Assembly: GCA_964016885.1 (NCBI GenBank)
Contig: OZ024760.1
Coordinates: forward strand, 26,350,001-26,414,000
Direction: 5' to 3'
DNA from: Eledone cirrhosa
Lineage: Eukaryota
DNA: 64,000 nucleotides
Below the pieces are notes generated by a model. The model had not been told where the DNA came from. It did not search any database and saw only the letters and a list, made by a program, of their open reading frames with translations. Shown one piece after another: positions 42,871-58,574 of this stretch (the first letter of the stretch is position 1; each line of letters opens with the position of its first letter). Made by a program: the position numbers and the translations under genes.

Positions 42871-44058
42871 GTATATATATACAAACACACACACATGATG
42901 ATGATGATGATGGTGGTGGCGATGATACCCACCACCTTCACCACGTACGATGATGACAAAAACGATGACCACCACCACCACCACCACTACAACAACAACA
43001 ACAACAACAACACCACCAACAACGACACCACCACCAACAACAACAACACCACAAATAACACCACCACCACCACCAACAACAACGACAACACCATCTACAC
43101 CTCCACCACCACCACTACCACCATCATCGCGGTCACTACCACTACCACCACCACCACCACCACCACCACCAATACCACCACCAACAACACCACCACCACT
43201 ACAACCAACAGCAACACCCCCACCCCCACCACCATTACCACCACCAACAACAACAACAACACCAACACCACCACCACCACTACCACCACCACCACAACCA
43301 CCAACAACAACAACATCACCACCATCACCACCACCATCACCACCAACAACAACAACACCCCACCCCCCAACCCCACCACCATTACCACCATCACCACCAC
43401 CACTACCACCAACAACAACAACACCATCACTACCACCAACAAAAACAACATCACCACCACCACCACCTACAACAACAACACCACACCCCCACCACCATTA
43501 CCACCATCACCAAAAACACCAACACCAACACCACCACCACCACCACCACCACCACCACCACTACCACCAACAACAAAACCATCACCACCACTACCACCAA
43601 CGACAACAACATCACCATTACCACCACCACCACCACCACCACCACTACCACCACCACCACCACCACCACTACCACCATCACCACCACCACCACCACTACC
43701 ACCATCACCACCACCACCACAACGACGATGATCATGATGGCGTAGTCGACCACGAAATGTTCTAAGTTCTGGTCGACTGAGCCTTCGGGGGTGTTGGCAG
43801 AAAATGTGGTGTGATGCGTGAAACAGGTGTTGCTTTTCTAGGGACGCCATCAACAAATGCTCCCTCTATTTCACAGTATTTCAGTCTTCCACCAATATAG
43901 CCCTAAACTCCCTTTTTAAAGCCCTTATAAATAGTAGGTGTCCCTACGTAATTATATTACTTTTAGCCGATCATTAAACATTTAACAATGTTTAATCATA
44001 CATGGTTTGACAACCATTAGAAAGTGTGTGGCTTTTGCATTACATATATATATAAATG

Positions 44059-44095
<37 letters not shown>

Positions 44096-44246
44096 CATAT
44101 ATATATATATATGTATGTATATATATATGTGTATATATATGTGTGTATATATATATGTGTGTTTATATTAGTGTATATATATATGTGTGTATATATGTGT
44201 GTATGTATATATATATGTGTATATATATATATTATGTATATATATG

Positions 44247-44295
<49 letters not shown>

Positions 44296-44344
44296 GTATA
44301 TATATATATATATATGTGTATATATATATATATATGTGTATATA

Positions 44345-44455
<111 letters not shown>

Positions 44456-44458
44456 GTG

Positions 44459-44491
<33 letters not shown>

Positions 44492-44498
44492 GTGTATG

Positions 44499-44533
<35 letters not shown>

Positions 44534-44536
44534 GTG

Positions 44537-44575
<39 letters not shown>

Positions 44576-44578
44576 GTG

Positions 44579-44610
<32 letters not shown>

Positions 44611-44614
44611 TGTG

Positions 44615-44687
<73 letters not shown>

Positions 44688-44762
44688 GTATATATATGTA
44701 TATATATGTATATATATATATATATGTGTATATATATGTATATATATGTATATATATATATA

Positions 44763-44811
<49 letters not shown>

Positions 44812-45029
44812 GTATATATATGTGTATATATATATGTATATATATATGTATATATATCAAGATAAGCAGAACAAGTAAAATTCAACCAATTTTTCAAAAT
44901 AAATCAAAATTAATTTACAATTAAAATTAATCAAAATTAAAAAATATAATATAAATATTTACCTATTTAAATGGCCCTTACTGTACAGTTTTACGTTGAA
45001 AAACATTAGATATCACATGGATATTAATG

Positions 45030-45150
<121 letters not shown>

Positions 45151-45151
45151 G

Positions 45152-45218
<67 letters not shown>

Positions 45219-45233
45219 GTATATATATATATG

Positions 45234-45280
<47 letters not shown>

Positions 45281-45281
45281 G

Positions 45282-45322
<41 letters not shown>

Positions 45323-45399
45323 GTATATATATATGTATATATATATGTATATATATATATATGTATATATATATGTATATATATATGTATATATATATA

Positions 45400-46337
45400 T
45401 TTCGTTTCTGAATTTGTTTAGCAAGATTCTTTATCTGAAAACGTTTGTTGAAACCGATATTTTTATACTTTGGGAGGGTCATGATGCCAATAAGAAACAC
45501 ACGCACCAGTTGCTTTCACTTCAATTTATTATCTATACAGGGAGGTATTTGAAAAGACCTCCCTGTATAGAGAAGAAATGTATAATCTTTAAACTAAGCC
45601 CCCATATTAACTGTAAAACTAGAAATGTAGTATGTAGCATACGATGTACTGAAGGACAATGTAGAGATAAGAATATAGTGTACATAGGTGAGACAGCTCG
45701 TAGTATAGGAGATCGGATAAATGAACACTGGCGAGAGCTTCAAGATAGTAAAGAATCATCTGTACTCTACCAACATGCTAAAATAGAACATAAGGGTAAA
45801 TTAAAGAACATAGAAATAAAAATAGAATCTACACACAGAAAAGACGCAATGTTTAGACAAATCACAGAGGCAATAAACAAAAGAACTCCAACCAAAGTTA
45901 AATAGAAAGCATGACTGGAATAGCAACATCACAACTTACAATTAAGGACAAAATGAAAACACACACACACCTAGAACAAACAACCAACCAGTAACATTTA
46001 AATAAACAAATAAATAAACAAATATAACAAACACACAGACACCCTGATGTAACACATGCGCAAACTAAGCACACAACACACACAAAAAAATGGCGTGGGA
46101 CAGAACAAAGGAGAGGCACAAAAACAAAGAAAAGAAGCCCCAGTCACTGAAGATGTCACAGAATGTGTGACGAAAGAACTTTGACAATATATGAACAATC
46201 GTCTGGTTTTGGAACCAACCAACCAACCGGAAATTTATAAATTCCTAAATTTATAAATTTAAATTATAATAAATTGAAGTGAAAGTAACTGGTGCGTGTG
46301 TTTCTTATTGGCAACATGACCCTCCCAAAGTATAACA

Positions 46338-46340
<3 letters not shown>
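45400..46340 (+). mobile_element. Penelope-like element P1: inverted 5' segment, GIY-YIG endonuclease, 3' UTR with HHR
   Basis: 45530-45900 encodes [50 protein letters not shown]...LYQHAKIEH...RQITEAIN. 45400-45532 is an inverted copy of the 3' end (46264-46340) plus tail. (TA)n on both sides. Confidence 0.92.
46143..46185 (+). ncRNA. Minimal type-I HHR (P1), sense to the GIY-YIG ORF
   Basis: GTCA-CTGAAGA-T-GTCACA GAATG TGTGAC-GAAA-GAAC-TT-TGAC. Confidence 0.8.
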
Positions 46341-46415
<75 letters not shown>

Positions 46416-46806
46416 GTATATATATATGTATATATATATGTATATATATATGTATATATATATGTATATATATATGTATATATGTATGTATATATATATG
46501 TATATATATATGTATATATGTATGTATATATATATATGTATATATATATGTATATATATATATATGTATATATATATGTATATATGTATATATGTATATA
46601 TATATATATATGTATATATATATGTATATATATATGTATATATGTATATATATATGTATATATATATGTATATATATATGTATATATGTATATATATATG
46701 TATATATGTATATATATGTATATATATATATGTATATATATATGTATATATATATGTATATATATATGTATATATATATGTATATATATATGTATATCTG
46801 TATATA

Positions 46807-46865
<59 letters not shown>

Positions 46866-46980
46866 ATGTATATATATACATATATGGTAGGGTGTGGACC
46901 ATAACCCACCAGAATACTCGATACTTGGGGTAGAAGAGTGGATTACATGAAAAGATTCAGGGACCCCTACATATATATAT

Positions 46981-47060
<80 letters not shown>

Positions 47061-47954
47061 CGTACGCAGTATCTTCTTCTGTTTGAATACGGTTCTGTTG
47101 TGTTAAGCAGTCGCCAAGTTCAAAACATAATATATACACGTATATTACACACACACACAAACATACACACACACACACACACACACACATACACTCACAC
47201 ACACACACACATACACTCACACACACACACACACGCGCGCGCATTGTGTCTTTTCGGTGTATTTCATGGACTATAGGTTGCGTTGATCTAAGAAGTAGCA
47301 AGTTAAGCGTGCTTGATTCAATTCAGAGTCACCCGTCCCACTACACTTAACAACTCCATATATAACCCTCACAACACCACGGCCATCAGTGGCAATCAAG
47401 CATGACTTAGTAATACAATAGTCGGTTGAAAGGTTGAAATTAATGCATGCAAGATTTCACAGCTCTACCATCACTCCTTCATAGTCAGCCTATGATCATC
47501 TCAGTCTATCTTAGTATTGTGTGAGTGTACGTGTGACAGCTCACACCCATGCAGGTTTAGCTGGCCTCCTCTGAGGTGTATCTCAATGGAGGGGTCTTGG
47601 GTGATTTAATGATAGGGACCCCATTCCTATCATCTCATTTCTACAGCTAAGTAAACTGGAGAGCAATGTGAAATAAAGTGTCTTGCTCAAAGAACCAACA
47701 CACCACCAGGTTCGAGAATTGAACTCACAACCTTTCGATTGCAAGCCCAATACTCTAACCATTAAGCCATGCACCTACACTTAGTATAGTACCACGATTT
47801 CGATTGCTAAAAGGGTTTTAGCTGCTCATACAATCTTGAGAAGATGTTGACACCTCGGCATGTCTGTCCCAGTTTTGATACTTTAGTCCAGCGATACAAC
47901 CAGGATGTGACAGCTGCCAGAAAAAGTGGGTGGGTGCGGAGGAGGTTGCACAAA

Positions 47955-48362
47955 CACTGAGCCGAGCTGGTAATGGTTTTATATAACTTTGCCTTTCATC
48001 CTTACGGGGTCGATAAAGTAAGTACCAGTAATGTGCTGAGATAATTGCTAGCCTTGTGCCAAAACTAGAAACAATAATTATTATTCTACGGTCTTTAATG
48101 TTCTGAGTTCAAATACCGCCGAGGTTAACTTTGCCTTTCATCCTTACGGGGTCGATAAAGTAAGTACCAGTAATGTGCTGAGATAATTGCTAGCCTTGTG
48201 CCAAAACTAGAAACAATAATTATTATTCTACGGTCTTTAATGTTCTGAGTTCAAATCCCACCGAGGTTAACTTTGCCTTTCATCCTTACGGGGTCGATAA
48301 AATAAAGTACCAGTAATGCACTGAGGTTAATTGCTGGCGTTGTGCCAAAAGTAGAAACAATT
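47955..48362 (+). mobile_element. Nin/Deu-like SINE, 142-bp tandem triplication
   Basis: AACTTTGCCTTTCATCC at 47985, 48127 and 48269. Confidence 0.82.
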
Positions 48363-48639
48363 ATTTTTTTTCGTTTATGGATACGAATCATTTATATCGA
48401 CCTGAATGGATGTAGAAATTCTTTTTTTTTTTTTGCTTCATCTATTTAGGTCGATTTAATCGACTTTCTCCTCCACCAGAATCACTGGCCTTGTGCTTAT
48501 ATAAGAAACCATATTTAATAACGGATGAAAAGTAAAATGGACTTCGGTGGGATTTGAACTCAAAACCCAGAGACCCGGAACAAATACCCTACGCTCTAGC
48601 GACTCTGTTAGATCGACGCCAATACTTTCTGCAGCTGCA

Positions 48640-49385
48640 ACCAAGTGCAGTCTGCGACTAACTCAGGTTTTGCTGCAGGTCGGGCTGAGGAGGCCAAACT
48701 TTACAAATACCGGTCGCTCTCCGACAGGTTTGCGGTTGTACCTTTGGTAGTGGAGACATCTGGTGTCCTCGGTCCTAGGGCTACCTCCCTACTTACCACT
48801 ATAGGCGCTGAGCTGGCTACCCCTAGCAGTGGAGACTTCTGGTGTTCTCGGCCCTAGGGCTACCTCCCTACTTACTACTATAGGCGCTGAGCTGGCTACC
48901 CCTAGCAGTGGAGACTTCTGGTGTTCTCGGCCCTAGGGCTACCTCCCTACTTACCACTATAGGCGCTGAGCTGGCTACCCCTAGCAGTGGAGACTTCTGG
49001 TGTTCTCGGCCCTAGGGCTACCTCCCTACTCACCACTATAGGCACTGAGCTGGCTACCCCTAGCAGTGGAGACTTCTGGTGTTCTCGGCCCTAGGGCTAC
49101 CTCCCTACTTACCACTATAGGCGCTCAGCTGGCCAGCCGCAGGTGTGAGTCCCGCGAGTTGGAATGGCTCTCCCAGCGCGTCTCCCTCGCTCTCCTCCGG
49201 GGAAACGCCTCCTCCACCCTGTCCGCCGGGGCTGTGAGGAGGCCACCATTATAATTGACTGACTTGTCCGCCAATACTTACATAGAGGGCGCTGTAATCC
49301 TTCATGGCTGGTACCTGACAGAAGTAACACTGCCTCTAACACACAAGTAAATGCTATAACAACAACAACACCAACAACATCAACG
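48640..49385 (+). mobile_element. CRE-clade non-LTR retrotransposon 3' end with 79-bp x5 internal array
   Basis: VQSATNSGFAAGRAEEAKLYKYRSLSDRFAVVPLVVETSGVLGPRATSLLTTIGAQLASRRCESRELEWLSQRVSLALLRGNASSTL, matching the CRE endonuclease-end pattern K..KY..F.P..VET.G..G...QR.S.A..RGNA. Units start 48750, 48829, 48908, 48987, 49066; (AAC)n tail. Confidence 0.85.
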
Positions 49386-49721
49386 GTTGTTATTGTTGAC
49401 TCCCCTCACACAATCTCTTACGCGCTCTCTTTCTCGTTCCGTCCCTCTCTCTCTATCCCCCTCTCTCTCTCTCTCTCTCTCGTCCTTTCTCTCTCTCTCT
49501 CTTTCTCCCTCATCTCTCTCGCTCACTCTCGTCCTTTCTTCCGCTCTTCACCACTCTCTCTCCCTCGCTCCCTTCCTCTCTCCCTCTCGATTCTACTCCC
49601 TAACTCTCTCGTTCTCTCTCTCATTCTCTCTCTCAATCTCACTCTTCCTCTCTCTCTTTTCATCTAAATCTTCCCCCTTTCTTCCTCTCTCTCTCACTCA
49701 TTTTTATCCACCTCTTTCTCA

Positions 49722-49758
<37 letters not shown>

Positions 49759-50317
49759 CGCCACTCATTCTCTCTCTCTCTCTCTCCCTCTCTCTCTCTC
49801 TCTGTCTCTTCGCCACTTATTCTCTCTCTCCCTCTCCTCCCTCTCCTCTCTCTATCTCTTCCACTCTCTCTCTCTCTCTCACTACCCTCTTATCCTTACG
49901 CTTCTCTCTACACCTTCCCCTTTAATCTGTCCTCATCTGAAACCCCCCCAAAAAATCATATAGGGGGTTTATAAATTCACCGTTAGTCACAACCCACACA
50001 CCTGCCCCTACGCCTACCAACCCCGCCACCATTACGACCCACTCGAAACTGTTATTCTAAGAGAGGGACCACATATTATAGATTGTTTTTTAAAAAAACC
50101 CTACATGAGAGCCCTTAAAAAACCCCTTAAGACAATTTTGATTGTTAAACAGCTTCTTAGAAATATTATCAAGTCATTCATTCACGCTCATTAGTAGTCA
50201 AGAGTTGTTGAACTTACATTCACACACACATACACACTAATACACACATACATACACACACTCACACACATACACACACACATACACACACGCACACACA
50301 CCTATATGTGTGTGTGT

Positions 50318-50362
<45 letters not shown>

Positions 50363-50625
50363 AATATACATACAAATACCCTTGTTTTGTCAACCATGTT
50401 ATTCTTAACTTTATATATATATATATATATGGATAGAAATATATATATATACATTGTATTTATATATATGTATATACATTTACATATGTATTTCTATATA
50501 TGTATATACATATAAGTATGTATGTATATATATATATATATATATATATGCATATATATATATGCATATATACACAGTACGTATGTGTGTATATATATAT
50601 ATATATATGTTTGTATGTATCCATG

Positions 50626-50675
<50 letters not shown>

Positions 50676-50702
50676 TATGCATATATATACAGATAAGGTG
50701 TG

Positions 50703-50776
<74 letters not shown>

Positions 50777-50944
50777 AGTGTATGTATGTATACATGAATA
50801 AATTTATGTATATGACACAAAATTACTGACAGCAAAAATGGCGACGATATTATTGATGATGATGGTGGGGGTGTTGGCGGGGCGGATGATAATAAATGGC
50901 GAGTGAGCAGGCATAAAGGAAAAAGATTACACCACTGCTTCCTG

Positions 50945-50950
50945 TACTAT

Positions 50951-51012
<62 letters not shown>

Positions 51013-51147
51013 TTACTACTACTACTACTACTACTATTACCAATACCATCACTATAACTACTACTATTACTACTACTACTACTACTAATAATAATAATAC
51101 TACTACTACTACTACTACTACTATTACGACTACTACTACTAGTACTG

Positions 51148-51184
<37 letters not shown>

Positions 51185-51194
51185 TACTACCATC

Positions 51195-51230
<36 letters not shown>

Positions 51231-52330
51231 TCTACTACCACTACCACCATTACTACTACTACCACCACCACCACCACTACTTCTACTACTACCACTACCA
51301 TTACTAGCATCACTACTACTACTACTACCACTACCACCACCACCACTACTACTAAGCTATCCGTTCGATTGAGCCAACAAAAGACAAAATTACCATTTCT
51401 GACCAATTTTCTCCATATTCATACCTTCTTATCTCCATAACCGCCCCCCTCTCCACCACCAACACCACCACCACCACTACCACCACTACCACCACTACCA
51501 CCACTATGATCTCCACCACCAACACCACCACCACCACTACCACCACAATGATGTCCATCACCACCACCACCACTATGATCTCCACCACCAACACCAACAC
51601 CACCACCACCACTACCACCACTATCATCTCCACCACCAACACTACCACCAGCACCACCACCACCACTACCACCACTATCATCTCCACCACCAACACTACC
51701 ACAACTACCACCACCACCAACACCACCACCACCACCACCACCACCACCACCACCACCACCACCACCACTATCATCTCCACCACCAACACTACCACAACTA
51801 CCACCACCACCAACACCACCACCACCACCACCACCACTACCACCACTATCATCTCCACCACCAACACTACCACCACCACCACCAACACCACCAACACCAC
51901 CACCTTCACCACCACCACCACTACCACCACTATCATCTCCACCACCAACACAACCACCAGCACCACCACCACCACTACCACCACTATCATCTCCACCACC
52001 AACACCACCACCAGCACCAGCACCACCACTACCACCACTATCATCTCCACCACCAACACTACCACCAGCACCACCAACATAGCCACCACCACCACCACCA
52101 CCACCAACACAACCACCACCACCACCACCACCACCACCACTACCACCACCATCACCAACACCACCACTATCATCTTCACCACCACCACTACCACCACCAC
52201 CACCACCACTACAACCACTATCATCTCCACCACCACCACCACTACCACCACCACCACCACCACTACCACCACTATCATCTCCACCACCACCACCACCACC
52301 ACTACCACCACCATCACCAACACCACCATC
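50945..52330. repeat. (ACT)n/(ACC)n tracts with higher-order ACTATCATCTCCACCACCAAC unit
   Basis: Direct reading. Confidence 0.9.
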
Positions 52331-52672
52331 ATCCTTTATTTTCTATAACTTTTATCCCTCTCAATGGTTTTCTGTCCATACACTAGCACGGACACACATA
52401 TATAAACACGCACACATATATATGTATATATGTATACATATACACGCACACATACACACATATATATATATATATACAGATAGAGAGAGAGAGGGAGAGA
52501 AAGAGAAGTATACAAATATATATATATATATTTTTTCTTGTATATATATATATATTTATATAAATATATTCATGCATAAATATAAACATAACATATATAT
52601 ATATATACACACACACACACATATATATATAATATTTATATATATATATACAATATTTATATATATATACAA

Positions 52673-52752
<80 letters not shown>

Positions 52753-53024
52753 CATACACATATATATGTGTATGTATATATATATATACATATATATATA
52801 TACATATATATATATACATATATATATATACATATATATATATACATATATATATGTATATATACATATATATAAATATATATATATATACATACACATA
52901 CATATAACATATATACATATATACATATATATAAATATATATATATACATACACATACATATAACATATATACATATATACATACATATATATATATATA
53001 TACATATACATACATATAACATAT

Positions 53025-53067
<43 letters not shown>

Positions 53068-53145
53068 GACAATTATACATAAATTAGTGTGTGGAGGTTG
53101 GGTGTTATCTTTCCATTTCATTTAATATCATCAGCGTTTATACGT

Positions 53146-53226
<81 letters not shown>

Positions 53227-53545
53227 TACGATTCTGCTCCCTCTGTATCTTTACTAAGTAAGAATAGACGGGGAAGCCACACGCCGATGGGATCCATATA
53301 TTTTTCTATCTTCAATATGGCGGCTAACTCCTTCACTCCACTGGTAATGTGGTTGTAAATCGTAACTCTACCTTTCTCTGTATAAGGTTCACAAACCAGA
53401 TATATTTTTATACCCCTAGATTTAGGCTGATTATGTCCCCTACAATTAATGAAATATGCAATAGAAATCCGTGTGTCCTTGATTTAAATTTCTAGTTTCA
53501 GAGTGTTTCCTCGATTATTCATAATAAACCTTTGTGACTCTATAG

Positions 53546-54698
53546 CAGTCATGGGTAACCTACGGTCCGCGAAGCTTTCTGAATGGCCCGCCTAAGTCAC
53601 CTAAGTGAAATCTTTCTGATATTTTTACCCCAACATTTAACGAGTCATGGGCAACTTGCATCCCGCAAAGCTTTCTGGATGTCTCGCCTAAGTCACCTAA
53701 GAGAAATCTTTCTGATATTTTTACCCCAACATTTAACGAGTCATGGGCAACTTGCATCCCGCAAAGCTTTCTGGATGTCTCGCCTAAGTCACCTAAGAGA
53801 AATCTTTCTGATATTTTTACCCCAATATTTAACGAGTCATGGGCAACTTGCATCCCGCAAAGCTTTCTGGATGTCTCGCCTAAGTCACCTAAGAGAAATC
53901 TTTCTGATTTTTTACCCCAACATTTAACGAGTCATGGGCAACTTGCATCCCGCAAAGCTTTCTGGATGTCTCGCCTAAGTCACCTAAGAGAAATCTTTCT
54001 GATATTTTTACCCCAACATTTAACGAGTCATGGGCAACTTGCATCCCGCAAAGCTTTCTGGATGTCTCGCCTAAGTCACCTAAGAGAAATCTTTCTGATA
54101 TTTTTACCCCAACATTTAACGAGTCATGGGCAACTTGCATCCCGCAAAGCTTTCTGGATGTCTCGCCTAAGTCACCTAAGAGAAATCTTTCTGATATTTT
54201 TACCCCAACATTTAACGAGTCATGGGCAACTTGCATCCCGCAAAGCTTTCTGGATGTCTCGCCTAAGTCACCTAAGAGAAATCTTTCTGATATTTTTACC
54301 CCAACATTTAACGAGTCATGGGCAACTTGCATCCCGCAAAGCTTTCTGGATGTCTCGCCTAAGTCACCTAAGAGAAATCTTTCTGATATTTTTACCCCAA
54401 CATTTAACGAGTCATGGGCAACTTGCATCCCGCAAAGCTTTCTGGATGTCTCGCCTAAGTCACCTAAGAGAAATCTTTCTGATATTTTTACCCCAACTTT
54501 TCAGTTGTAATTTATCTTTCTATCATTTTTACGATCGATGAAAACAACGTGTACGAATTCTGAAGAAACATATCAAAACAACCTGAGTTACGGCCCCTTT
54601 TTTAATGTGGGCACGAATGTAAATTAGCGCCTGTGGCCCGCCTGATGATGAGCCATATTTACTGCGGCCCGCTTCTCGAAAAGGTTTTCCCATGCCTG
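53546..54698. mobile_element. hAT (Charlie-like) MITE whose left end is amplified as a 96-bp x10 array
   Basis: TIRs CAGTCATGGGTAACCT / AGGTTTTCCCATGCCTG; flanks CTCTATAG / GTCTACAG (6/8, NTCTANAG). Units start 53546, 53642, 53738, 53834, 53929, 54025, 54121, 54217, 54313, 54409. Confidence 0.82.
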
Positions 54699-54770
54699 GT
54701 CTACAGTATCCTGTGCCATCTTGCCTGGATATTTAAGCTGTTTGAGATCGTTGATTTCTATCCCTCCATG

Positions 54771-55490
54771 ACGGAGAAATTCTTTTCATCGAAACAACAA
54801 AAGCACTTTGATGTCACCTATACACGCCCGCTTCAACGCATTCAGAACATAAGCTGGTGACATCTGACTTTGAGAGATATATATGCCGGCTTCCCACGCG
54901 TATCTGTCGTTGTACGTAAAAGGAGAGTAAGATTTGCTGGCCACTGCCATCGTGCCACCTATGAGACTGTCTCCCCATTAGTGCTTTGGAAACCACAAGC
55001 AGTCACTAATAACAGGAGGTGCAAGCTCTCCTATCCCAATGTGCTGGCCACTGCCATCGTGCCACCTCTGAGGCTGTGTCTCCATCAGTGCTTTGGAAAC
55101 CACAAGCAGTCACTAATAACAGGGGGCAAAAGCTCTCCTATCCCGATTTGCTGGCCACTGCCATCCTGCCACCTATGAGGCTGTGTCTCCATCAGTGCTT
55201 TGGAAACCACAAGCAGTCACTAATAACAGGGGGCGCAAGCTCTCCTATCCTGATTTGCTGGCCACTGCCATCATGCCACCTATGAGGCTGCGTCCCCATT
55301 AGTGCTTTGGAAACCACAAGAAGTCACTAATGACAGGGGGCGCAGACTCTCCTATCCCGATGTCATCTCCAGAGATTATGGTATTGAAACCCAGGACTTG
55401 GCAACGGCAATGAACGACAGACCAACGTGGAGATGAATTGTTGAGTTGATTTCGGCTGAGGCGGCCGGATGATGTTGATGTTGATAATGC
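54771..55490 (+). mobile_element. RTE/RTEX-type LINE 3' end with 107-bp x4 internal array
   Basis: QKHFDVTYTRPLQRIQNISW*HLTLRDIYAGFPRVSVVVRKRRVRFAGHCHRATYETVSPLVLWKP...SYPDVISRDYGIETQDLATAMNDRPTWR. TGCTGG recurs at 54935, 55042, 55149, 55256; (GAT)-like tail. Confidence 0.82.
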
Positions 55491-55721
55491 TGCTGTTCCA
55501 TACAACAGATTGTAACAGACAACCTGATGACGAGGAAGGAGTTTGGAAGTTTAAAAAATAAAGACCAAATAACAACTACACCAGAAATAGCAACAAAAAC
55601 AACATCGACAACAACACCAGCAGAAGGTAATGGACGCAGAAAATTAAAGAGATTTAAAAGACACATGGGAAGTGAGAGTTAAAAATATGTGTGTAGATGA
55701 AACACCATATATATATATATA

Positions 55722-55787
<66 letters not shown>

Positions 55788-55916
55788 TATATATGTACAT
55801 ATATGTCGTATATATATATAGAGAGAGATAGTTGGTTATATAAATATATAGATATATATATGCATTATATATATATATATACATATATGCATACGTCGTA
55901 TATAGATATGTGTGTC

Positions 55917-55964
<48 letters not shown>

Positions 55965-56787
55965 CATGGGATAGCAGGAAAGAGGACAGAAAAGAAGGAA
56001 TGTGATGAATGAAAACATGCAAATAGACGACATTAAACCCAAACAAACAAAGCATTTTTTTTTTCTTTTTAATGGTTGAAAAAAGTTAGTAAAATAAAAC
56101 GAAAGAAACGACTAAGAAAAACTGTGAAAGAAAAGAATAATCGTGAAAGAGAAAATAGAAAAATGGAAAGGAAATAACGAAACAAAGATGACTGAATGAA
56201 AAATTCAAAATGGCTGCCGTGTCCAACATAAAATGAAAACGTGAATAGAAAGAATGAAGTAATAACGAGGAATGAAAAATTGCGAATTAACTGATGAAAA
56301 TAACTGAACGAGGCTTCGTAATATCAGTAATTTTTCCCCCTTTTCTTTTCAACAGTAATCTCTTCATTCATGCTGATATATACCCAACCCTAAACCTCAG
56401 CCACGTCCATTTTTTTCCTCCCCTTTCTTTATCATTTATATATATTTCATAAACCTTTATTGTTGCTGTTGTTTATTATGAATGAAAGAATTTTTTTATT
56501 AATGATGTTATTCTCATTGTTGTTATCATTAGTATTAATTTTATTATTGCTATCATTATTATTATTATTATCATCATTATTACTACTACTACTACTACAT
56601 CTATTATTATTACCGTTGTTGTTGTTGTTATGATCATCATCATCTTCATCATCATCATTATTATTATTCAAAAGAAAATGCTTTTTTCCCTATCTACATT
56701 TTTTTTTTTTTCTTATTGTAAGTTTTCGAAAGGAAACCATTACAATGATTATCAGTAGTATAAATATTATTATTGTTGTTTTTACTA

Positions 56788-56834
<47 letters not shown>

Positions 56835-56917
56835 ATTATATTTATTATCGTTATCATTATTCAGAAAGAAAATATTTTTTCAACTTTCTTATTTGAAAGG
56901 ATGTCCTTATCATTACG

Positions 56918-56977
<60 letters not shown>

Positions 56978-57163
56978 ATTGTTGTTGTTGTTATTGGTTA
57001 TGATGTTGTTGTTCATTTACCCGGCATTCTCCGCAGTGGCATGTCCAAACACGCAAACGTCTTAAAACCGACGCCATATTACTTTCCTTTTGTTTCCATT
57101 ATTATATTCCTATATACTAGAAGATACATACTCACCCACAGGCAGATATTTGTTCATATATAA

Positions 57164-57203
<40 letters not shown>

Positions 57204-57274
57204 GTGAGAGCGTGAGTGGGTGTGTTGTTGTGTCTGTGTGTGTTTGTGTGTCTGTGGGTTTGTATGTTTAAATA

Positions 57275-57307
<33 letters not shown>

Positions 57308-57364
57308 TGAAATATATATATATATATGTATGAAAATATATATATGCAATATATATATGTGTAA

Positions 57365-57428
<64 letters not shown>

Positions 57429-57482
57429 TTAAATATATATATATATGTGTATGTAAATATATATATGCAATATATATATGTG

Positions 57483-57556
<74 letters not shown>

Positions 57557-57577
57557 TATATATATATATATATAGAC

Positions 57578-57656
<79 letters not shown>

Positions 57657-57883
57657 TATATATATATATATGTATATATATATATTGAAATATATATATA
57701 TGTGTGTATGTAAATATATATATGTGTGTATGTAAATATATATATGCAATATATATATGTGTAAATATATATATATATGCAATATATATATGGGTAAATA
57801 TATATATATATATACACATATATACATACATATATATATAAATATATACACATATATATATATAACTATATATATATATGTGT

Positions 57884-57916
<33 letters not shown>

Positions 57917-58397
57917 AATAAATATGTGATAATATATATATATATATATATATATATTATCATATATATATATATTATCATATATATATATATATATATT
58001 ATCATATATATATATATATTATCATATATATATATTTACACACATATATATATATATATATATATATTATCATTATAAACTTCATTCTCCAAGATTTTGC
58101 TGTTCTTGAATGAGAAGTAAATGTTTTGTTCTCGTTGTTGTTGTTGTTGTTGTCGTTGCTGCTGTTATTGATGTTATTGTTGTTATTCGTGCTTGTAATG
58201 TTGTCAACGTCTCTTTCTCATTCAAATGAATATTTAAGAGATTCTATATCTATCTATTTAGTTATATTCACAAAACATGACTTCAACTGCGGCCATATTT
58301 GAAATTGATTTTTCAAGTATTGATTGGCTGTCGAACAGTATTTGTTCTAATCATGCCTGAAATAGTTATATGGTTAATATATCATGGAGGAGTAATA

Positions 58398-58452
<55 letters not shown>

Positions 58453-58574
58453 GTGTGTGTGATTATATATGTATATATATATATATATATATGTACATAC
58501 ATATATTTCTATATGTACGTGTATATATATATATATGTATACGTGTATATATAAATATGTATATATATGTATAT

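Noticed and set aside
45430-45462. Second HHR in the P1 tail (CTGAAAA..GAAAC)
   Set aside because: C3-A8 mismatch, no real helix II, and antisense to the element.
53546-54497. CRISPR-like array or repeat-protein ORF
   Set aside because: Units are identical end to end with no unique spacers, there are no cas genes, and the array lies inside a MITE.
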